IMG/VR virus record: IMGVR_UViG_3300005713_000011
Span: 1 to 34,726 of that record
Reading direction: 5' to 3' (one strand)
Source of the DNA: a virus
Taxonomy: Duplodnaviria; Caudoviricetes
DNA: 34,726 nucleotides
In this document: positions 32,056 through 34,726 of the stretch, in pieces
Layout of the letters: each line of letters opens with the position of its first letter
Position numbering within the stretch: position 1 is the first letter of the stretch
The notes under the pieces: model-generated
The model's input: only the letters and a program-made list of their open reading frames with translations
The model's database searches: none
What the model was told of the DNA's origin: nothing
Made by a program: the position numbers and the translations under genes

Positions 32056-34032
32056 TTAAACGCCGTTGGACTTCTGTAAGCCGCGATGGTTCACAGCCTT
32101 TGCCCCGAAATCGTGCCGGACCTTCACTTCCACGCCGTCGACGCGCCAGCCTTCTTTGGTTTCGAGGAACACGCCCTCTTGTCCCTGCAAATAGCCGTAA
32201 TCGATCGTCGGCATTTGGCCCGGATCGCACGCGCCGTAAAACGCGGTCGTCGAGCTTGCATCGAGTCGCGCTTCCACGATCGGCTGCAGCCCGCGATAGA
32301 ACGCCGGGACCGTGTTCGAGGTTTGCGACGCATACAGCAACGGCGAAAGGATTTGCTCGAGCGCCGTTTCCAAGATCGCGGGAATCATGATGTACCGCAG
32401 CACGAGGTTAAGCGTCTGTTTCGAGTCGAGGCCTTTCATCTTGCGCAAATTCGTTCGCATGGTCGCGAGCGACGCGAGCGCGAGCACCGAGCCGCCGCCG
32501 GTTTGCAAATTGGTATGTCCCGCCGCGAACAACGCAACGCCGTCGGACATATTCGCGTTTGCCGTGAGGATGCCCCAGACGATGTCATTTTCCTTGCGCG
32601 CGCCCGCCTGTCCAAACATGTAGGGCACACGCGTGAACGCGCCCATGTCGTCGTTGATCAACAATTGACGCGTGAAGCCGATGATCTTGCCATAGGTCAA
32701 GAGTTGCCAGCTTTCCGCGCCCTCGCCGACCGTGCCCGACGTGAACTCGCCGGATTCCGGAACGAGGTCGAGGTCGGACCCTTCGCCCAACATGGTCGAT
32801 TGCGTCAGCTTGAAGTCGGGCAAATCGTTCCGTGTGCAGAACGGAAGGAACGTGCGGACCTCGGCGGCGTAACCGGCCTGCAGCGTCTTGTTTGCCACGT
32901 TGGCGATGATCAACGGGAAATCCGATGTCGTGTGCAGCGCGCGCTCTGCAAGCTGCATCGGTGCGAGCCCGCGCGTAATCTCGCCCTTGATGTGCAAAAG
33001 CTCGCGGCCGATTTCCATGCCGCGCATGCCGCGCCACGGCCGCCCCTTGTCGGTCAACGGGAACAGAGTCGCGTTGTACCGGTTCAAGATCGCTTCGGCG
33101 ACGCCCGCGCGGACCGTTTCGGTTTCGTCGAGGCCGTTCGGCGGCGTACGGATCGGTTGTCCGGTGCCGCGCGCGGCAAGCTCGTCGGTAATGACCGGAT
33201 TGAGATTCTCGACCGTCAAACCCGATGCGACGTGACGGTCGGCGACATCGTCGGGCAATCCCGCCGCGCGCATGCGCGAGCGGATCGTCGCCGCGCGTGT
33301 GCGTTCGGCCGCGACCGCCGCGCCCCTGATGGCCGCCTCGTCGACCGCCGCCGGTGTTGCCGGTGCCGGTTGTGGTGTCGGTTGCGGCGTGGCTTGCGTT
33401 CCCGGAGCCGGATCGGTGCCCGGCGAGTCCCGATTGTTGTCTAGTGGCATGGTCGTTTCCTTCTCGCTGATCTCGCAGGCATGCAATCCGGCGCGGGTTC
33501 CTGCTCCCGCATCCGCGCCGACGGGGACGAACGAAATCTCGTGAGGTTGCCAACGGACGGCACGGCGAATCGGGACCTCGCCTTTGCGATCCCATTCCGC
33601 CTTGGACGTGGCATAGCCGACGGACACGTTCTGAATGATCCGGTCACGGATCAAACCGAGAATCTCGTCGGATTCGGCGCGCAAACCCTTTGCTGGGAAG
33701 CGTATCGTCGCTTTGCCCTTGTCGCCCTCGATCCAAGCGCGCTCTACCACGCCGATCACACCGTCGAGGCTCCACCGCCGGTGCGCGTCGAGCACCGGCG
33801 CGCCGTTCTGCAGCCGCGACATGTCAACGGCTTCGGCATTGACGACCAGAACCTCGTCCCATTCCTCGCCGGTGAACCAATCGCGCCGCCGCACGGCCGC
33901 GCCGGTCGTCCAAGTCACGTCCACGGTTCGCGCGTCTTCGTTCACGTTCCCGAGCGGCGCAAGCCGATACTCGACCGGCAATTCGACACGCGTTTCAGGT
34001 TCGCGCGCGCGCGCGCGTGCACGTGCTGGCAT
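32056..34032 (-). CDS. Prohead protease - major capsid fusion protein
   Basis: N-terminal APVLDAH...VSVGY...EISFVPVGAD protease; C-terminal HTTSDFP...TYGK..TRQLLINDD capsid domain. Confidence 0.92.
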   Translation of the reverse strand: MPARARARAREPETRVELPVEYRLAPLGNVNEDARTVDVTWTTGAAVRRRDWFTGEEWDEVLVVNAEAVDMSRLQNGAPVLDAHRRWSLDGVIGVVERAWIEGDKGKATIRFPAKGLRAESDEILGLIRDRIIQNVSVGYATSKAEWDRKGEVPIRRAVRWQPHEISFVPVGADAGAGTRAGLHACEISEKETTMPLDNNRDSPGTDPAPGTQATPQPTPQPAPATPAAVDEAAIRGAAVAAERTRAATIRSRMRAAGLPDDVADRHVASGLTVENLNPVITDELAARGTGQPIRTPPNGLDETETVRAGVAEAILNRYNATLFPLTDKGRPWRGMRGMEIGRELLHIKGEITRGLAPMQLAERALHTTSDFPLIIANVANKTLQAGYAAEVRTFLPFCTRNDLPDFKLTQSTMLGEGSDLDLVPESGEFTSGTVGEGAESWQLLTYGKIIGFTRQLLINDDMGAFTRVPYMFGQAGARKENDIVWGILTANANMSDGVALFAAGHTNLQTGGGSVLALASLATMRTNLRKMKGLDSKQTLNLVLRYIMIPAILETALEQILSPLLYASQTSNTVPAFYRGLQPIVEARLDASSTTAFYGACDPGQMPTIDYGYLQGQEGVFLETKEGWRVDGVEVKVRHDFGAKAVNHRGLQKSNGV

Positions 34033-34046
34033 GGTCGTCGCTCCTC

Positions 34047-34232
34047 TTAGGATTGCTTCAGTTCTTCGAATCGCTCGTCGAATTCCGACTCTTCACGAAC
34101 CCACCAGCCCATACTGTTGCGGTAGATTACGACCGGCACGAGCGTCTCGCGCGCGTTGGTGCAATCATGCCCGCGCGCGACGAGCCAATAAAGATTTCCC
34201 GTCTTGCGGTTCCGATGCGTAGGGCGCGCCAT
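34047..34232 (-). CDS. DUF1653-like small protein
   Basis: HRNRKTGNLY...VVIYR...WVREESEFDERF. Confidence 0.7.
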   Translation of the reverse strand: MARPTHRNRKTGNLYWLVARGHDCTNARETLVPVVIYRNSMGWWVREESEFDERFEELKQS

Positions 34233-34726
34233 TATTCGTCATCGTCGACCGCGTCGTCGGCCGCCGGTGCATCGGCCGCCGCATCCGGTTTCGCCGTCGC
34301 CGGTTGCGCCGTGCTCGTCCGGCCGACCTTGCGCGGGTCGGAGTCGAGCACAATTCCGAGCTTGTCCAAAAGCTCGTCCTGCCGGTTGCGTTCCAGAAGA
34401 TATTCTTCCGGGTCCGCGCCCGTTGCCGCGATCACGTCAAACAGATTGCGCGTGCCGGTGCGGATCGCTTCGCGCGACGCCTCGACATCGTTTTTCGGAT
34501 CGAGGAACCGGCGGCCCGGCGGGCCCCAGGTCGGCGACCACGGGTCGGCCTCGTTCCGCATGCCAAGCCCGGCCGCAAGCTGGCCGACGCGTTGCCACAC
34601 CGGACGGCAGAACAACGGAATCATCATGAGCCATTGCCATTGGTCGACCTGCTCGTCGAAATCGATTTGCCCGACGCGCGTCGACGAGAAATTCACGTCT
34701 TTGAGGTCGCCGGAAATCATCGAATA
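34232..34726 (-). CDS. Lambda-family portal protein (5' truncated by the window)
   Basis: SGDLKDVNFSSTR...LDPKNDVEA...G..LDSDP. Confidence 0.88.
   Translation of the reverse strand, partial: YSMISGDLKDVNFSSTRVGQIDFDEQVDQWQWLMMIPLFCRPVWQRVGQLAAGLGMRNEADPWSPTWGPPGRRFLDPKNDVEASREAIRTGTRNLFDVIAATGADPEEYLLERNRQDELLDKLGIVLDSDPRKVGRTSTAQPATAKPDAAADAPAADDAVDDDE

Larger units (their letters stand above)
1..34726. mobile_element. Temperate tailed phage genome segment (siphovirus-like, probably infecting Alphaproteobacteria)
   Basis: Portal, protease-capsid, head-tail, tail tube, chaperone and tape-measure genes in canonical order on the - strand; integrase, excisionase-like and immunity genes on the + strand; no host housekeeping genes; the SciP homologue points to an alphaproteobacterial host. 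Confidence 0.95.

Overview
A GC-rich 34.7 kb segment of a temperate, probably alphaproteobacterial, siphovirus-like phage with two convergent arms. The + strand arm (about 1-10.8 kb) carries early and accessory genes: an HTH protein, two ParB-type proteins, an excisionase-like HTH, small regulators, a tyrosine integrase followed by an apparently intact attP (arm-type repeats on both sides plus an IHF consensus), a superinfection-immunity gene, and a run of small ORFs. The - strand arm (34.7 to 10.7 kb) is the morphogenesis operon: partial lambda-type portal, protease-capsid fusion, DUF2190, head-tail joining, tail terminator, tail tube, G/GT chaperones with a -1 slippery site, DUF6441, tape measure, tail-tip and fibre genes, then an unusual fibre cassette with two 18/20-aa Thr-Pro-Val-Pro repeat proteins and duplicated small domains. 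The main observations are: (1) a palindromic operator (T/A)GTCCTA-N5-(TA/TG/CC)GGAC at four sites, three overlapping TTGAC promoters, where two of the operons contain paralogous Aca-like HTH genes and two promoters share a conserved 5' leader hairpin, suggesting an autoregulated anti-defence regulon; (2) a phage-borne SciP (CtrA inhibitor) homologue inside the tail operon; (3) the modular repeat-fibre cassette; (4) a candidate structured ncRNA at about 7720-7885. All family assignments come from motif recognition and memory, not from database searches.
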